Under the pieces are notes generated by a model that ran no database searches, was not told where the DNA came from, and worked only from the letters and a program-made list of their open reading frames with translations. Of a DNA stretch of 64,000 nucleotides, positions 1 through 10,580 are shown one piece after another; position 1 is the first letter of the stretch, and each line of letters begins with the position of its first letter. The position numbers were made by a program, and so were the translations under genes. The DNA comes from Candidatus Omnitrophota bacterium (GTDB lineage: Bacteria > Omnitrophota > Gorgyraeia > Zapsychrales > Zapsychraceae). The DNA lies in contig DATDQB010000024.1 of assembly GCA_035292445.1 (NCBI GenBank), positions 267-64,266 on the forward strand. The letters are read 5' to 3'.

Positions 1-3000
1 TCATCCGCCGGCATCAACTGGGATGAGATCAATACCATGACAGAGGCCGGCATCAACTGGAGCGATATCGGTGTCATGACCGACCAAGGTATCAATTGGT
101 CGGATATCGGCGTCATGAGCGATTCAGATATCAATTGGACGAACATTGGCGACCTCTCAACAGCCGGCATCAATTGGGATGAGATCAACGCCATGACAGA
201 AGCGGGCATCAATTGGGATAACATCGGGGACCTTTCAACAGCCGGCATTAATTGGGATGATATCGAAGCATTGACCACAGCAGGCATTAATTGGACTGAC
301 ATTAACGTTTTGACGCAAGCCGGCATCAATTGGGATGATATCAATGCCATGACGGATGCGGGCATCAACTGGAGTGATATCGGGGTGATGAGCGACGAGG
401 GCATCAATTGGAGCGATATTGGCGTGATGAGCTCTTCCGATATTAACTGGACAAATATCAGTGACCTCTCCAGTACCGGGATCAACTGGAGCGATATCGG
501 GGTCATGAGCGATTCCGATATCAATTGGACCAATATCGGTGATCTTTCAACTGCCGGCATCAACTGGGATGAGATCAATACCATGACCGAGGCCGGCATC
601 AACTGGAGCGATATCGGCGTCATGACCGAGCAGGGCATCAACTGGAGCGATATCGGGGTGATGAGCGATTCAGATATCAATTGGTCGGATATCGCCGATA
701 TGTCTAGCGTTGGCATTAACTGGGAGGACATCAATGCCTTAACGGAAGCGGGTATTAATTGGGATAACATAGAAGAGCTCTCAACGGCCGGCGTCAACTG
801 GGACGGCATCAACGACATGACGGAAGCCGGTATTAATTGGGATGATATCAGCGTATTAAGCGAGGCCGGCATTAATTGGAATGACATCGATGCGATGAGC
901 GAAGTTGGCATTAATTGGACCAATATCGGCGATCTCTCAACGGCGGGCGTTAATTGGTCGGATATCGGCGTCATGAGCACCCGGGGCATCAACTGGGATG
1001 ATATTGGTGTATTAACTGAAACGGGCATCAATTGGGATAATATCGGCGAAATGTCCGATGCCGGCATTAATTGGAATGAGATCGGCGTCATGGCGGAGGC
1101 CGATATCAACTGGGACAACATTTCTGATCTTTCAACCGCCGGCATCAACTGGGATGAGATCAATGCCATGACGGAAGCCGGCATCAACTGGAGCGATATC
1201 GGCGTCATGACCGATCAGGGTATCAACTGGAGCGATATTGGGGTCATGAGCGATTCAGATATCAACTGGTCCAATATCGGTGATCTTTCAACCGCCGGCA
1301 TCAACTGGGATGAGATCAATGCCATGACGGAAGCCGGCATCAACTGGAGCGATATCGGCGTCATGACCGATCAGGGTATCAACTGGAGCGATATCGGGGT
1401 CATGAGCGATTCAGATATCAACTGGTCCAATATCGGTGATCTTTCAACCGCCGGCATCAATTGGGATGAGATCAATGCCATGACGGAAGCCGGCATCAAC
1501 TGGGATGACTTGGCGTTCATGTCAACACAAGGCATCAATTGGTCGGATATTGGCGTTATGTCTGACCAAGGCATCAATTGGAGTGATATAGGGGATCTCT
1601 CCTCGGCAGGTATTAATTGGGATGATATCCAGGAGCTCTCAACCACCGGCATCAACTGGAATGACCTGGATGTGATGACAGAAGCCGGCATTAACTGGTC
1701 GGATATCGGTGCTATGACGGAGGCCGGCATCAACTGGAGCGATATCGGGGTGATGACCGATCAGGGTATCAACTGGAGCGATATCGGGGTGATGAGCGAT
1801 TCTGACATCAACTGGATCAATATCGGTGATCTGTCATCCGCCGGCATCAATTGGGATGAGATCAATGCCATGACGGAAGCCGGCATCAACTGGAGCGATA
1901 TCGGCGTCATGACCGATCAGGGTATCAACTGGAGCGATATTGGGGTCATGAGCGGATCAGATATTAACTGGACCAATATCAGCGACTTATCTTCTGCCGG
2001 AATTAACTGGGGTGATATTACCGATTTAAGTGAAGCCGGCATTAATTGGGATAATATCGGCGATCTCTCATCCGCCGGCATCAATTGGGATGAGATCAAT
2101 GCCATGACAGAGGCCGGCATCAACTGGAGCGATATCGGCGTCATGACCGAGCAGGGCATCAACTGGAGCGATATCGGCGTCATGACCGAGCAGGGTATCA
2201 ACTGGAGCGATATCGGGGTCATGAGCGATTCCGACATCAACTGGTCTGACATTGGTGTCATGTCAACATCGGAGATTAACTGGACCAATATCGGCGATCT
2301 TTCTTCCGCCGGCATTAACTGGGATGAGATCGCTGTCATGGCAGAAACCGGCATCAACTGGGATGATCTGGATGTGATGTCAGATGCGGGCATCAACTGG
2401 AGCGATATCGGCGTCATGACCGAGCAAGGCATCAACTGGAGCGATATCGGCGTCATGACCGAGCAAGGCATCAACTGGTCGGATATCGGAGTGATGTCAA
2501 CATCAGATATCAATTGGACAAATATCGGCGACCTTTCAACCGCCGGCATCAACTGGGATGAGATCAATGCCATGACAGAAGCCGGCATCAATTGGAGCGA
2601 TATCGGGGTGATGACGGACCAGGGCATCAACTGGAGCGATATCGGGGTGATGAGCGGATCAGATATTAACTGGATTAATATCAGCGACTTATCTTCTGCC
2701 GGAATTAACTGGGATGATATTCAAGAACTTTCAACTACCGGCATCAACTGGGATGAGATCAATGCCATGACAGAAGCCGGCATCAATTGGAGCGATATCG
2801 GGGTGATGACGGACCAGGGCATCAACTGGAGCGATATTGGGGTGATGTCCGATCAAGGCATCAACTGGTCTGACATAGGGGTGATGTCAACATCAGATAT
2901 CAATTGGATCAATATCAGCGACTTATCTTCTGCCGGAATTAACTGGGATGATATTCAAGAACTTTCAACTACCGGAATTAATTGGTCGGATATTGGGGTG

Positions 3001-6000
3001 ATGACAGATGCCGGCATCAATTGGTCCGATATCGGGGTCATGAGCGATTCCGATATTAATTGGACTGATCTCAGTGAAATGACTTCCCAAGGCATTAATT
3101 GGAGCGATATAGGCGTCATGAGCGATCAAGGGATCAATTGGAGCGACATTGAAGAAATGAGCACTCAAGGGATCAATTGGTCTGACATTGGGGCAATGTC
3201 CACAGCAGATATCAATTGGACGAACATCGGCGATCTTTCTTCAGCCGGCATCAATTGGGATGAGATCGGCGTTATGGCAGAGGCCGGCGTCAATTGGAAT
3301 GACCTAACGGCTTTGACCGAAGCCGGCATCAACTGGTCGGATATCGGCGTGATGAGCGATCAAGGCATCAACTGGTCTGACATCGGCGTCATGAGCGATC
3401 AAGGCATCAATTGGTCTGACATTGGGGCAATGTCCACAGCAGATATCAATTGGACGAACATCGGCGATCTTTCTTCAGCCGGCATCAACTGGGATGAGAT
3501 CGGCGTTATGGCAGAGGCCGGCGTCAATTGGAATGACCTAACGGCTTTGACCGAAGCCGGCATCAACTGGTCGGATATCGGTGTTATGAGTGAGTCCGAC
3601 ATCAATTGGTCTAATATCGGCGATCTCTCATCAGCCGGTATTAACTGGAATGATATTACGGCCATGACAGAGGCAGGTATCAACTGGTCGGATATCGGCG
3701 TCATGTCCGATCAAGGCATTAATTGGTCTGACATCGGCGTCATGAGCGATCAAGGCATCAATTGGTCTGACATTAACGTCATGTCCGATCAAGGCATCAA
3801 CTGGTCGGACATTGGGGTCATGAGCGATTCGGATATCAATTGGAGCAGTATTGGTGATCTTTCTACAGCAGGCATTAATTGGGATGAAATTACTGCCATG
3901 ACAGAGGCAGGTATCAACTGGTCGGATATCGGTGTCATGTCAGAGCAAGGCATCAACTGGTCGGATATCGGCGTCATGTCCGATCAAGGCATTAATTGGT
4001 CTGACATCGGCGTCATGAGTGATTCCGACATCAACTGGTCTGACATTGGGGCAATGTCCACAGCAGATATCAATTGGACGAACATCGGCGATCTTTCTTC
4101 AGCCGACATCAACTGGGATGAGATCAATGCCATGACCGAAGCCGGCATCAATTGGAGCGACATAGGCGTCATGACCGAGCAAGGCATCAACTGGAGCGAT
4201 ATAGGCGTCATGAGCGATTCCGACATCAACTGGTCGGATATCGGCGTCATGAGCGATTCCGACATCAACTGGTCTGACATTGGGGCAATGTCCACAGCAG
4301 ATATCAATTGGTCTAATATCGGCGACCTCTCATCAGCCGGCATCAACTGGGATGAGATCAACACCATGACCGAAGCCGGCATCAATTGGAGCGACATAGG
4401 CGTCATGACCGAGCAAGGCATCAACTGGAGCGATATAGGCGTCATGAGCGATTCCGACATCAACTGGTCGGATATCGGTGTCATGTCCGAGCAAGGCATC
4501 AACTGGAGCGATATAGGCGTCATGAGCGATTCCGACATCAACTGGTCGGATATCGGTGTCATGTCCGATCAAGGCATCAACTGGTCTGACATTGACATTA
4601 TGTCTGACCAAGGGATCAACTGGTCTGACATTGACATTATGTCCGACCAAGGGATTAATTGGTCGGATATCGGTGTCATGTCCGATCAAGGCATCAACTG
4701 GTCAGACATTGACATCATGTCCGATCAAGGCATCAACTGGTCGGATATCGGGGTGATGAGTTCTCAAGGCGTCAATTGGACTAGTATCGGTGATCTCTCA
4801 ACGGCCGGTATCAATTGGAACGATATTGACATCATGTCCGATCAAGGCATCAACTGGTCGGATATCGGGGTGATGAGCGGCCAGGGCATCAACTGGTCGG
4901 ATATTGGGGTGATGAGCTCGCAAGGCATCAATTGGAGCGATATCGATATTATGAGCGATGCCGGCATCAACTGGTCAGACATTGACATCATGTCCGATCA
5001 AGGCATCAACTGGTCGGATATCGGGGTGATGAGTTCTCAAGGCGTCAATTGGACTAGTATCGGGGACCTTTCAACGGCCGGTATCAATTGGAACGATATT
5101 GACATCATGTCCGAGCAAGGCATCAACTGGTCGGATATCGGGGTGATGAGCGGCCAGGGCATCAACTGGTCGGATATTGGGGTCATGAGCGATTCCGACA
5201 TTAACTGGACCGATCTAAGTGAAATGACTTCCCAAGGCATCAACTGGTCGGATATGGCGGAGATGACCACCGCTGACATCAACTGGTCGGATATCGGGGT
5301 GATGAGCGATCAAGGCATCAACTGGAGCGACATAGGCGTGATGAGTGAAACCGGCATCAACTGGAGCGATATCGGGGAAATGACCACCTCCGGCATTAAT
5401 TGGGATAATATTCAAGACATGACGACGACCGGCATCAACTGGGATGATATCGGCGCGATGGCTTCATCCGGCATCAACTGGACTGATATGGCGGAGATGA
5501 CCACCGCTGACATCAACTGGAGCGATATCGGTGTCATGTCCGATCAAGGCATCAATTGGAGTGATATCGGCATAATGAGTGAAGCAGGCATCAACTGGAG
5601 TGATATTGGGGAAATGAGCGCCTCCGGCATCAACTGGGACAATATCGGAGATATGTCAACGGCGGGCATCAACTGGGAAGATATAACTGTAATGACAACC
5701 CGTGGAATAAATTGGGATGAGATCGGCGTCCTGTCTGATGCGGGTGTTAATTGGGATAATATTTCGGATCTTTCAACAGCGGGGGTGAACTGGGACGGCA
5801 TCAACGACATGACAGAAGCGAACATTAATTGGGACAATGTTGCGGAAATGTCAACAACAGGCATCAATTGGAGCGATATCGGCGTGATGAGCGAATCCGG
5901 CATCAACTGGGGCGATATCAATATCATGAGCGATGCCGGCATTAATTGGGCTGATATAGGCGAGCTCAGTGCCTCAGGCATCAACTGGTCGGATATCGGG

Positions 6001-9000
6001 GTCATGAGTGAAACGAACATTAATTGGGATGATATTGGAGCGCTAACCACTTCTGGCATCAACTGGGGCGATATCAATATCATGAGCGATGCCGGCATTA
6101 ATTGGGCCGATATAGGCGAGCTCAGTGCCTCAGGCATCAACTGGTCGGATATCGAGGTCATAACCGAACAGGGCATCAACTGGTCTGATATCGGGGTCAT
6201 GAGCGATCAGGGCATCAACTGGAGCGATATCGGCGAGCTTTCAGCGGCCGGCATCAATTGGTCGGAGATCGGGGTTATGGCAGAGACTGGTATCAATTGG
6301 GATGACCTTCAGGCATTAAGTACATCAGGCATCAACTGGGATAACATCGGGGATCTCTCTACGGCTGGTATCAATTGGAGTGATATCAATATCATGAGCG
6401 ATGCTGGCATTAACTGGTCGGATATCGGCGTTATGTCCGATCAAGGCATTAACTGGTCAGATATCGGGGTCATGAGCGATCAGGGCATTAATTGGAGTGA
6501 TATCAATGTCATGAGTGAAGCCGGCATTAATTGGGCTGATATCGGAGAACTCAGTTCCTCGGGCATCAACTGGTCTGAAATCGGTGTTATGACCGAAGCC
6601 GGGGTCAATTGGGATGATATCAGCGCCTTAACCACCTCAGGCATCAATTGGGATGATCTGACGTTCATGACCGAAGCCGGTGTCAACTGGGATAACATCG
6701 GGGATCTCTCAACGGCTGGCGTTAACTGGGATAATATCACGGTGATGACGGAGGCCGGCATCAACTGGTCGGACATTGGCGTCATGACCGAGCAAGGCAT
6801 CAACTGGAGCGATATCGGCGAGCTTTCTTCCGCTGGCATCAATTGGAGCGATATCGGGGTCATGAGCGAAACGAATATCAATTGGGATGACCTTCAGGCA
6901 TTGAGTACGACCGGCATCAACTGGGATAATATCGGGGATCTCTCAACGGCCGGCGTTAACTGGGATAATATCACCGTGATGACGGAGGCCGGCATTAACT
7001 GGTCGGATATCGGGGTCATGTCTGACCAAGGCATCAACTGGAGCGATATCGGCGAGCTTTCAGCGGCCGGCATCAATTGGAGCGATATCGGGGTCATGAG
7101 CGAGACCAACATCAATTGGGATGATCTGACTTCCTTGACGGAAGCCGGCATCAATTGGTCGGATATCGGGGTCATGTCTGACCAAGGCATCAACTGGAGC
7201 GATATCGGCGAGCTTTCAGCGGCGGGTATTAACTGGTCTGATCTAAGGGTCATGGGTGATGCGAATATTAATTGGGACAATATCGGAGACCTATCAGCGG
7301 CCGGCATCAATTGGTCGGATATCGGGGTGATGAGCGAGACCAACATCAATTGGGATGACCTCCAGGCATTGAGTACGACCGGCATCAATTGGGATAATAT
7401 CGGGGACTTATCAAGTGCCGGCATCAATTGGGATAATATTGGGGATCTCTCAACGGCCGGTATTAACTGGGGCGATATTACAGTCATGAGTGAACAGGGC
7501 ATTAATTGGGCCGATATAGGAGAACTTAGTTCTTCAGGCATCAACTGGAGCGATATCGGGGTGATGACCGAGCAAGGCATCAACTGGAGCGATTTGACGG
7601 CCTTGACCGAGGCCGGCGTCAATTGGGATAATATCGGGGATCTTTCATCGGTCGGCATTAATTGGGATAATATTAGTGCTATGGCGACGGCCGGTATCAA
7701 TTGGGAAGACATTAGCGCCATGAGCGCCTCGGGTGTCAATTGGGACAGCATTGGCGAACTCTCGGTTGCTGATGTCAACTGGGATAACTTGAGCGAGCTT
7801 TCGGCAGCCGGCGTTAATTGGGATAATCTTAATGTCATGACCGAAGCGGGCATCAACTGGAGCGATATCGGCGCATTAAGTGCTGCGGGCGTGAATTGGG
7901 ATAGTATCGGCAATCTTTCGGCAGCAGGCATCAACTGGGATGATATCGGCGCCATGTCCGATCAAGGTATCAATTGGGCAGACATAGGTGTCCTGACCGA
8001 AGCCGGTATCAATTGGGATGATGTGGGAAGGATGAGCACGGTCGGCATCAATTGGGATGATATCCGGTCTTTAACGCAAGCCGGGATTGATTGGAGCAAT
8101 ATTCAGGAAATGACGGTAGCCGGTATCAATTGGGATGATATCAGCGATATGACGGCTGCGGGCATCAACTGGTCGGATATCGGGGTCATGGCGGCTCAGA
8201 ATATCAATTGGGAGGGCATCGATGTTTTAAGCGATGCCGGCATCAATTGGGAGGATATCGGGAACCTTTCCGAAGCCGGCATCAATTGGGAAGATATCGG
8301 CACCATGGCCGCCTCCGGCATCAACTGGGATGACCTTGAGGCCATGACCACCACCGGCATCAACTGGGATGATGTGGCCTTCATGACGGGTGCCGGCATC
8401 AATTGGAGCGATATGGGTGTTTCCACGACACAAGGCGTCAATTGGAGCGATCTTGCCTTTATGTCCAATGCCGGCGTCAATTGGGACGGCATTGCGTACC
8501 TGGCCGATAACGCCTCGACGCTCATTAGTAACGTCAACACGATCCTTACGACGATACAAAGCCTTGAGAGCATTATCGGAACATCCGCTGACTCGCTGGT
8601 GGATGGGACGCTATTCGGGACGATCAATGAGATCTTGTCTGTTGTCAACGGGCTGAGCCCGGCAGATATCACGGCGATCTTAGCGGCCGTGACGAATATC
8701 GAGGACTTGTTAGGAGTCCCGGGTGATGCGGCCAGCGAAGACACGGTATTCGGCGATCTTTTGCAGACCCAGGAATTCGTCGATACGCTGGAAACGCTTT
8801 TAGGCACGGCTACCGATGCTCCGGAGCTGGAGTCTGTTTTTGGCAAGTTGAACTTTATCTCGGATGCCGCCAACGATGCGGATAACAGTGCCGGAGCCGT
8901 CCTATCCATCGTCACTGAGCTCAGGGATGACGTAGGCGTCAATGGCCAGACACCCAAGCTGTATGACCTTATCCAAAATTTAGCTGTCGAATTGGAAGAT

Positions 9001-9267
9001 CTATCGGGGATCGTCGACAGCATTTCCGACAGTTCGCTCGATTCCAATGCCATTACAGAGGAGATCGTGTCTTTATTGACGGAATTGGTCAACAAGAGCG
9101 CCGAGGCGGCAGGCCTAGAGATGGAAGTCGAAGAATTGGGTCCGGGCGCGGACATGGAAGCAGTTAACGAACGGCTTTCAAAGATCGAGGCCATCCTGCA
9201 GGCCATCCAAGAATCCATTGTCGATGATAAGATATCGGTCAAGACTTACTTTGAAAGCGCTGGTTAG
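1..9267 (+). CDS. Giant acidic tandem-repeat protein, 5'-partial (open from nt 1, continues upstream). It has more than 215 copies of a 13-residue (39-nt) repeat with consensus x-G-I-N-W-x-D-I-G-V-M-x-x, then a ~270-aa non-repetitive acidic C-terminal domain
   Basis: Frame-1 ORF is open from nt 1 and in frame with the track ORF at 37. Strict 39-nt periodicity runs to about nt 8470. The non-repeat tail ends at TAG 9265-9267. All internal antisense and off-frame ORFs are repeat artefacts. Confidence 0.85.
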   Translation, partial: SSAGINWDEINTMTEAGINWSDIGVMTDQGINWSDIGVMSDSDINWTNIGDLSTAGINWDEINAMTEAGINWDNIGDLSTAGINWDDIEALTTAGINWTDINVLTQAGINWDDINAMTDAGINWSDIGVMSDEGINWSDIGVMSSSDINWTNISDLSSTGINWSDIGVMSDSDINWTNIGDLSTAGINWDEINTMTEAGINWSDIGVMTEQGINWSDIGVMSDSDINWSDIADMSSVGINWEDINALTEAGINWDNIEELSTAGVNWDGINDMTEAGINWDDISVLSEAGINWNDIDAMSEVGINWTNIGDLSTAGVNWSDIGVMSTRGINWDDIGVLTETGINWDNIGEMSDAGINWNEIGVMAEADINWDNISDLSTAGINWDEINAMTEAGINWSDIGVMTDQGINWSDIGVMSDSDINWSNIGDLSTAGINWDEINAMTEAGINWSDIGVMTDQGINWSDIGVMSDSDINWSNIGDLSTAGINWDEINAMTEAGINWDDLAFMSTQGINWSDIGVMSDQGINWSDIGDLSSAGINWDDIQELSTTGINWNDLDVMTEAGINWSDIGAMTEAGINWSDIGVMTDQGINWSDIGVMSDSDINWINIGDLSSAGINWDEINAMTEAGINWSDIGVMTDQGINWSDIGVMSGSDINWTNISDLSSAGINWGDITDLSEAGINWDNIGDLSSAGINWDEINAMTEAGINWSDIGVMTEQGINWSDIGVMTEQGINWSDIGVMSDSDINWSDIGVMSTSEINWTNIGDLSSAGINWDEIAVMAETGINWDDLDVMSDAGINWSDIGVMTEQGINWSDIGVMTEQGINWSDIGVMSTSDINWTNIGDLSTAGINWDEINAMTEAGINWSDIGVMTDQGINWSDIGVMSGSDINWINISDLSSAGINWDDIQELSTTGINWDEINAMTEAGINWSDIGVMTDQGINWSDIGVMSDQGINWSDIGVMSTSDINWINISDLSSAGINWDDIQELSTTGINWSDIGVMTDAGINWSDIGVMSDSDINWTDLSEMTSQGINWSDIGVMSDQGINWSDIEEMSTQGINWSDIGAMSTADINWTNIGDLSSAGINWDEIGVMAEAGVNWNDLTALTEAGINWSDIGVMSDQGINWSDIGVMSDQGINWSDIGAMSTADINWTNIGDLSSAGINWDEIGVMAEAGVNWNDLTALTEAGINWSDIGVMSESDINWSNIGDLSSAGINWNDITAMTEAGINWSDIGVMSDQGINWSDIGVMSDQGINWSDINVMSDQGINWSDIGVMSDSDINWSSIGDLSTAGINWDEITAMTEAGINWSDIGVMSEQGINWSDIGVMSDQGINWSDIGVMSDSDINWSDIGAMSTADINWTNIGDLSSADINWDEINAMTEAGINWSDIGVMTEQGINWSDIGVMSDSDINWSDIGVMSDSDINWSDIGAMSTADINWSNIGDLSSAGINWDEINTMTEAGINWSDIGVMTEQGINWSDIGVMSDSDINWSDIGVMSEQGINWSDIGVMSDSDINWSDIGVMSDQGINWSDIDIMSDQGINWSDIDIMSDQGINWSDIGVMSDQGINWSDIDIMSDQGINWSDIGVMSSQGVNWTSIGDLSTAGINWNDIDIMSDQGINWSDIGVMSGQGINWSDIGVMSSQGINWSDIDIMSDAGINWSDIDIMSDQGINWSDIGVMSSQGVNWTSIGDLSTAGINWNDIDIMSEQGINWSDIGVMSGQGINWSDIGVMSDSDINWTDLSEMTSQGINWSDMAEMTTADINWSDIGVMSDQGINWSDIGVMSETGINWSDIGEMTTSGINWDNIQDMTTTGINWDDIGAMASSGINWTDMAEMTTADINWSDIGVMSDQGINWSDIGIMSEAGINWSDIGEMSASGINWDNIGDMSTAGINWEDITVMTTRGINWDEIGVLSDAGVNWDNISDLSTAGVNWDGINDMTEANINWDNVAEMSTTGINWSDIGVMSESGINWGDINIMSDAGINWADIGELSASGINWSDIGVMSETNINWDDIGALTTSGINWGDINIMSDAGINWADIGELSASGINWSDIEVITEQGINWSDIGVMSDQGINWSDIGELSAAGINWSEIGVMAETGINWDDLQALSTSGINWDNIGDLSTAGINWSDINIMSDAGINWSDIGVMSDQGINWSDIGVMSDQGINWSDINVMSEAGINWADIGELSSSGINWSEIGVMTEAGVNWDDISALTTSGINWDDLTFMTEAGVNWDNIGDLSTAGVNWDNITVMTEAGINWSDIGVMTEQGINWSDIGELSSAGINWSDIGVMSETNINWDDLQALSTTGINWDNIGDLSTAGVNWDNITVMTEAGINWSDIGVMSDQGINWSDIGELSAAGINWSDIGVMSETNINWDDLTSLTEAGINWSDIGVMSDQGINWSDIGELSAAGINWSDLRVMGDANINWDNIGDLSAAGINWSDIGVMSETNINWDDLQALSTTGINWDNIGDLSSAGINWDNIGDLSTAGINWGDITVMSEQGINWADIGELSSSGINWSDIGVMTEQGINWSDLTALTEAGVNWDNIGDLSSVGINWDNISAMATAGINWEDISAMSASGVNWDSIGELSVADVNWDNLSELSAAGVNWDNLNVMTEAGINWSDIGALSAAGVNWDSIGNLSAAGINWDDIGAMSDQGINWADIGVLTEAGINWDDVGRMSTVGINWDDIRSLTQAGIDWSNIQEMTVAGINWDDISDMTAAGINWSDIGVMAAQNINWEGIDVLSDAGINWEDIGNLSEAGINWEDIGTMAASGINWDDLEAMTTTGINWDDVAFMTGAGINWSDMGVSTTQGVNWSDLAFMSNAGVNWDGIAYLADNASTLISNVNTILTTIQSLESIIGTSADSLVDGTLFGTINEILSVVNGLSPADITAILAAVTNIEDLLGVPGDAASEDTVFGDLLQTQEFVDTLETLLGTATDAPELESVFGKLNFISDAANDADNSAGAVLSIVTELRDDVGVNGQTPKLYDLIQNLAVELEDLSGIVDSISDSSLDSNAITEEIVSLLTELVNKSAEAAGLEMEVEELGPGADMEAVNERLSKIEAILQAIQESIVDDKISVKTYFESAG

Positions 9268-9269
9268 GG

Positions 9270-10577
9270 ATGAGACGAAACGATCGTATTTTTAAATATG
9301 TGCCATGGGTTGTTGTTTTGCTTCTCATCGGCGTCTTGACGCCTTACGCGTGGGCCGATCTGTATCTGAACATATTGGCCGTTAACGGCTCCGATGTGGC
9401 CAGAGAGAAAGAGATCAGCCAAGTTCTGCCAAAGGAATTAACGGCCGAAGATATTTTGGATACGGATGGATTAAGGCTTGAATATGATGTGGAAACCGGG
9501 GCTTATATGGTCAGCGGCACGGTGGCCTTGGCCCCCAAAGAATCAAAGACGTATAAGATCTTGATCCGCGATCTTTGGAAATTTGACGAAGAGCAAGTTG
9601 GCAAAGTCCGTGAGCAGGTTGAGGTCAGTCTTAAACAGCTTGAGGGCACGGAATATTATGATGTAGGGAAGATCAAGAAGCAGGTGTTATTGCAGAGGCT
9701 TGATTTTCTTCTGCAGGAGCAGGCCAGGTTTGCAGATAACATTGAAAAGCGTATGGATACATTTCGCGTCTATGAGCAGGAAATGGCTACCCTTCGGGAA
9801 CACGCCGGGTCGATCAAATACTGGCGGACAAAGCTCCCGGATACGGAGGATGCGGATGTTTTTTACTTTATTATTGAGCTGGAGAATCCGACGGACGAGC
9901 CGGTCATGAATAACCAGAAATATTATCTTCCTAAAGAGGTAACACCAGAGCATTTCGTTGATTTGCAGGACTTTGATATCCGTTATGATTCGATCAAGCA
10001 GAAATCCTATCTGATAAAAGAAGAGGAATTAAAGCCCAAGGAGGTCAAGCGCTATAATATCGCTCTCATTGATGTATGGAATATTAAGCAGAAAAATTTA
10101 GATAACTTGAAGGAGCGGGCCAAGTATGCGTATCAGTACATTGAGCCGACGAAATATGTAGAGAACGCAAAATATCTGATGGGGAATATCAAGAAGAATT
10201 TTGAGACGATCGAGGGGATTCAGGCCCGGGAAAAGAGCATCAATGAGCATATCAGCGTTTATCGCAGGAATGTCGAACGATTCGCCTCCACCCGCAAAGA
10301 CGTGGAGGCCTTGGAAGAGCTGTTGGAGGTCATCCGCGAAGAACTGAAACGAAGCAAGGTCGAGAATGTCTTGAAGAAGATCCGCGGATTAAGGACGCTT
10401 GTCGACATTGCCAAAAGCATCATGAAGAAACCGGTCGATCAAGTGGCGTGGAATATCATCATGGCCATTCTTATTTTCGTGGGTGTCGTGACCATCATTA
10501 ATTTTGCCATTTGGGGGAGCCGTTCCAAGAATATTGATGAAAAAGAAGAAACGAAAGAAGAGAAAAAAGGATCCTAA
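9270..10577 (+). CDS. Hypothetical bitopic protein: N-terminal signal peptide or anchor (cleavage-like AWA), long charged coiled-coil-like middle, C-terminal TM helix and a KE-rich tail
   Basis: ATG 3 nt after the giant gene stop. Hydrophobic N-terminus VVVLLLIGVLTPYAWA and C-terminal TM IIMAILIFVGVVTIINFAIWG. No recognisable enzymatic motif. Confidence 0.6.
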   Translation: MRRNDRIFKYVPWVVVLLLIGVLTPYAWADLYLNILAVNGSDVAREKEISQVLPKELTAEDILDTDGLRLEYDVETGAYMVSGTVALAPKESKTYKILIRDLWKFDEEQVGKVREQVEVSLKQLEGTEYYDVGKIKKQVLLQRLDFLLQEQARFADNIEKRMDTFRVYEQEMATLREHAGSIKYWRTKLPDTEDADVFYFIIELENPTDEPVMNNQKYYLPKEVTPEHFVDLQDFDIRYDSIKQKSYLIKEEELKPKEVKRYNIALIDVWNIKQKNLDNLKERAKYAYQYIEPTKYVENAKYLMGNIKKNFETIEGIQAREKSINEHISVYRRNVERFASTRKDVEALEELLEVIREELKRSKVENVLKKIRGLRTLVDIAKSIMKKPVDQVAWNIIMAILIFVGVVTIINFAIWGSRSKNIDEKEETKEEKKGS

Positions 10578-10580
10578 CAT

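Noticed and set aside
37-8470. Possibility that the 39-nt periodic array is a CRISPR or other non-coding satellite
   Set aside because: There is no alternation of a constant repeat with unique spacers. The period is a multiple of 3, and it maintains one open frame for 9.2 kb with strong amino-acid-level conservation.
1371-8656. Many ORFs of 60-350 aa on the minus strand and in other + frames inside 37-9267 (for example 1917-2630 minus, 6894-7955 minus, 4386-4589 plus)
   Set aside because: They lie entirely within the 39-nt-periodic coding repeat of the giant gene. Their products are themselves periodic (MPASVMALISSQL...) because they are repeat read-throughs, not genes.
8196-9242. 348-aa minus-strand ORF overlapping the non-repeat C-terminal domain of the giant gene
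   Set aside because: It is fully antisense to a well-supported CDS with normal codon structure. It has no RBS and a low-complexity Ser-rich product.
9270-10577. Could the 435-aa protein be the missing ATPase a subunit
   Set aside because: It has only two hydrophobic segments, one at each terminus, with a long soluble coiled-coil middle. The a subunit needs 5-6 TM helices and a conserved Arg in TM4.
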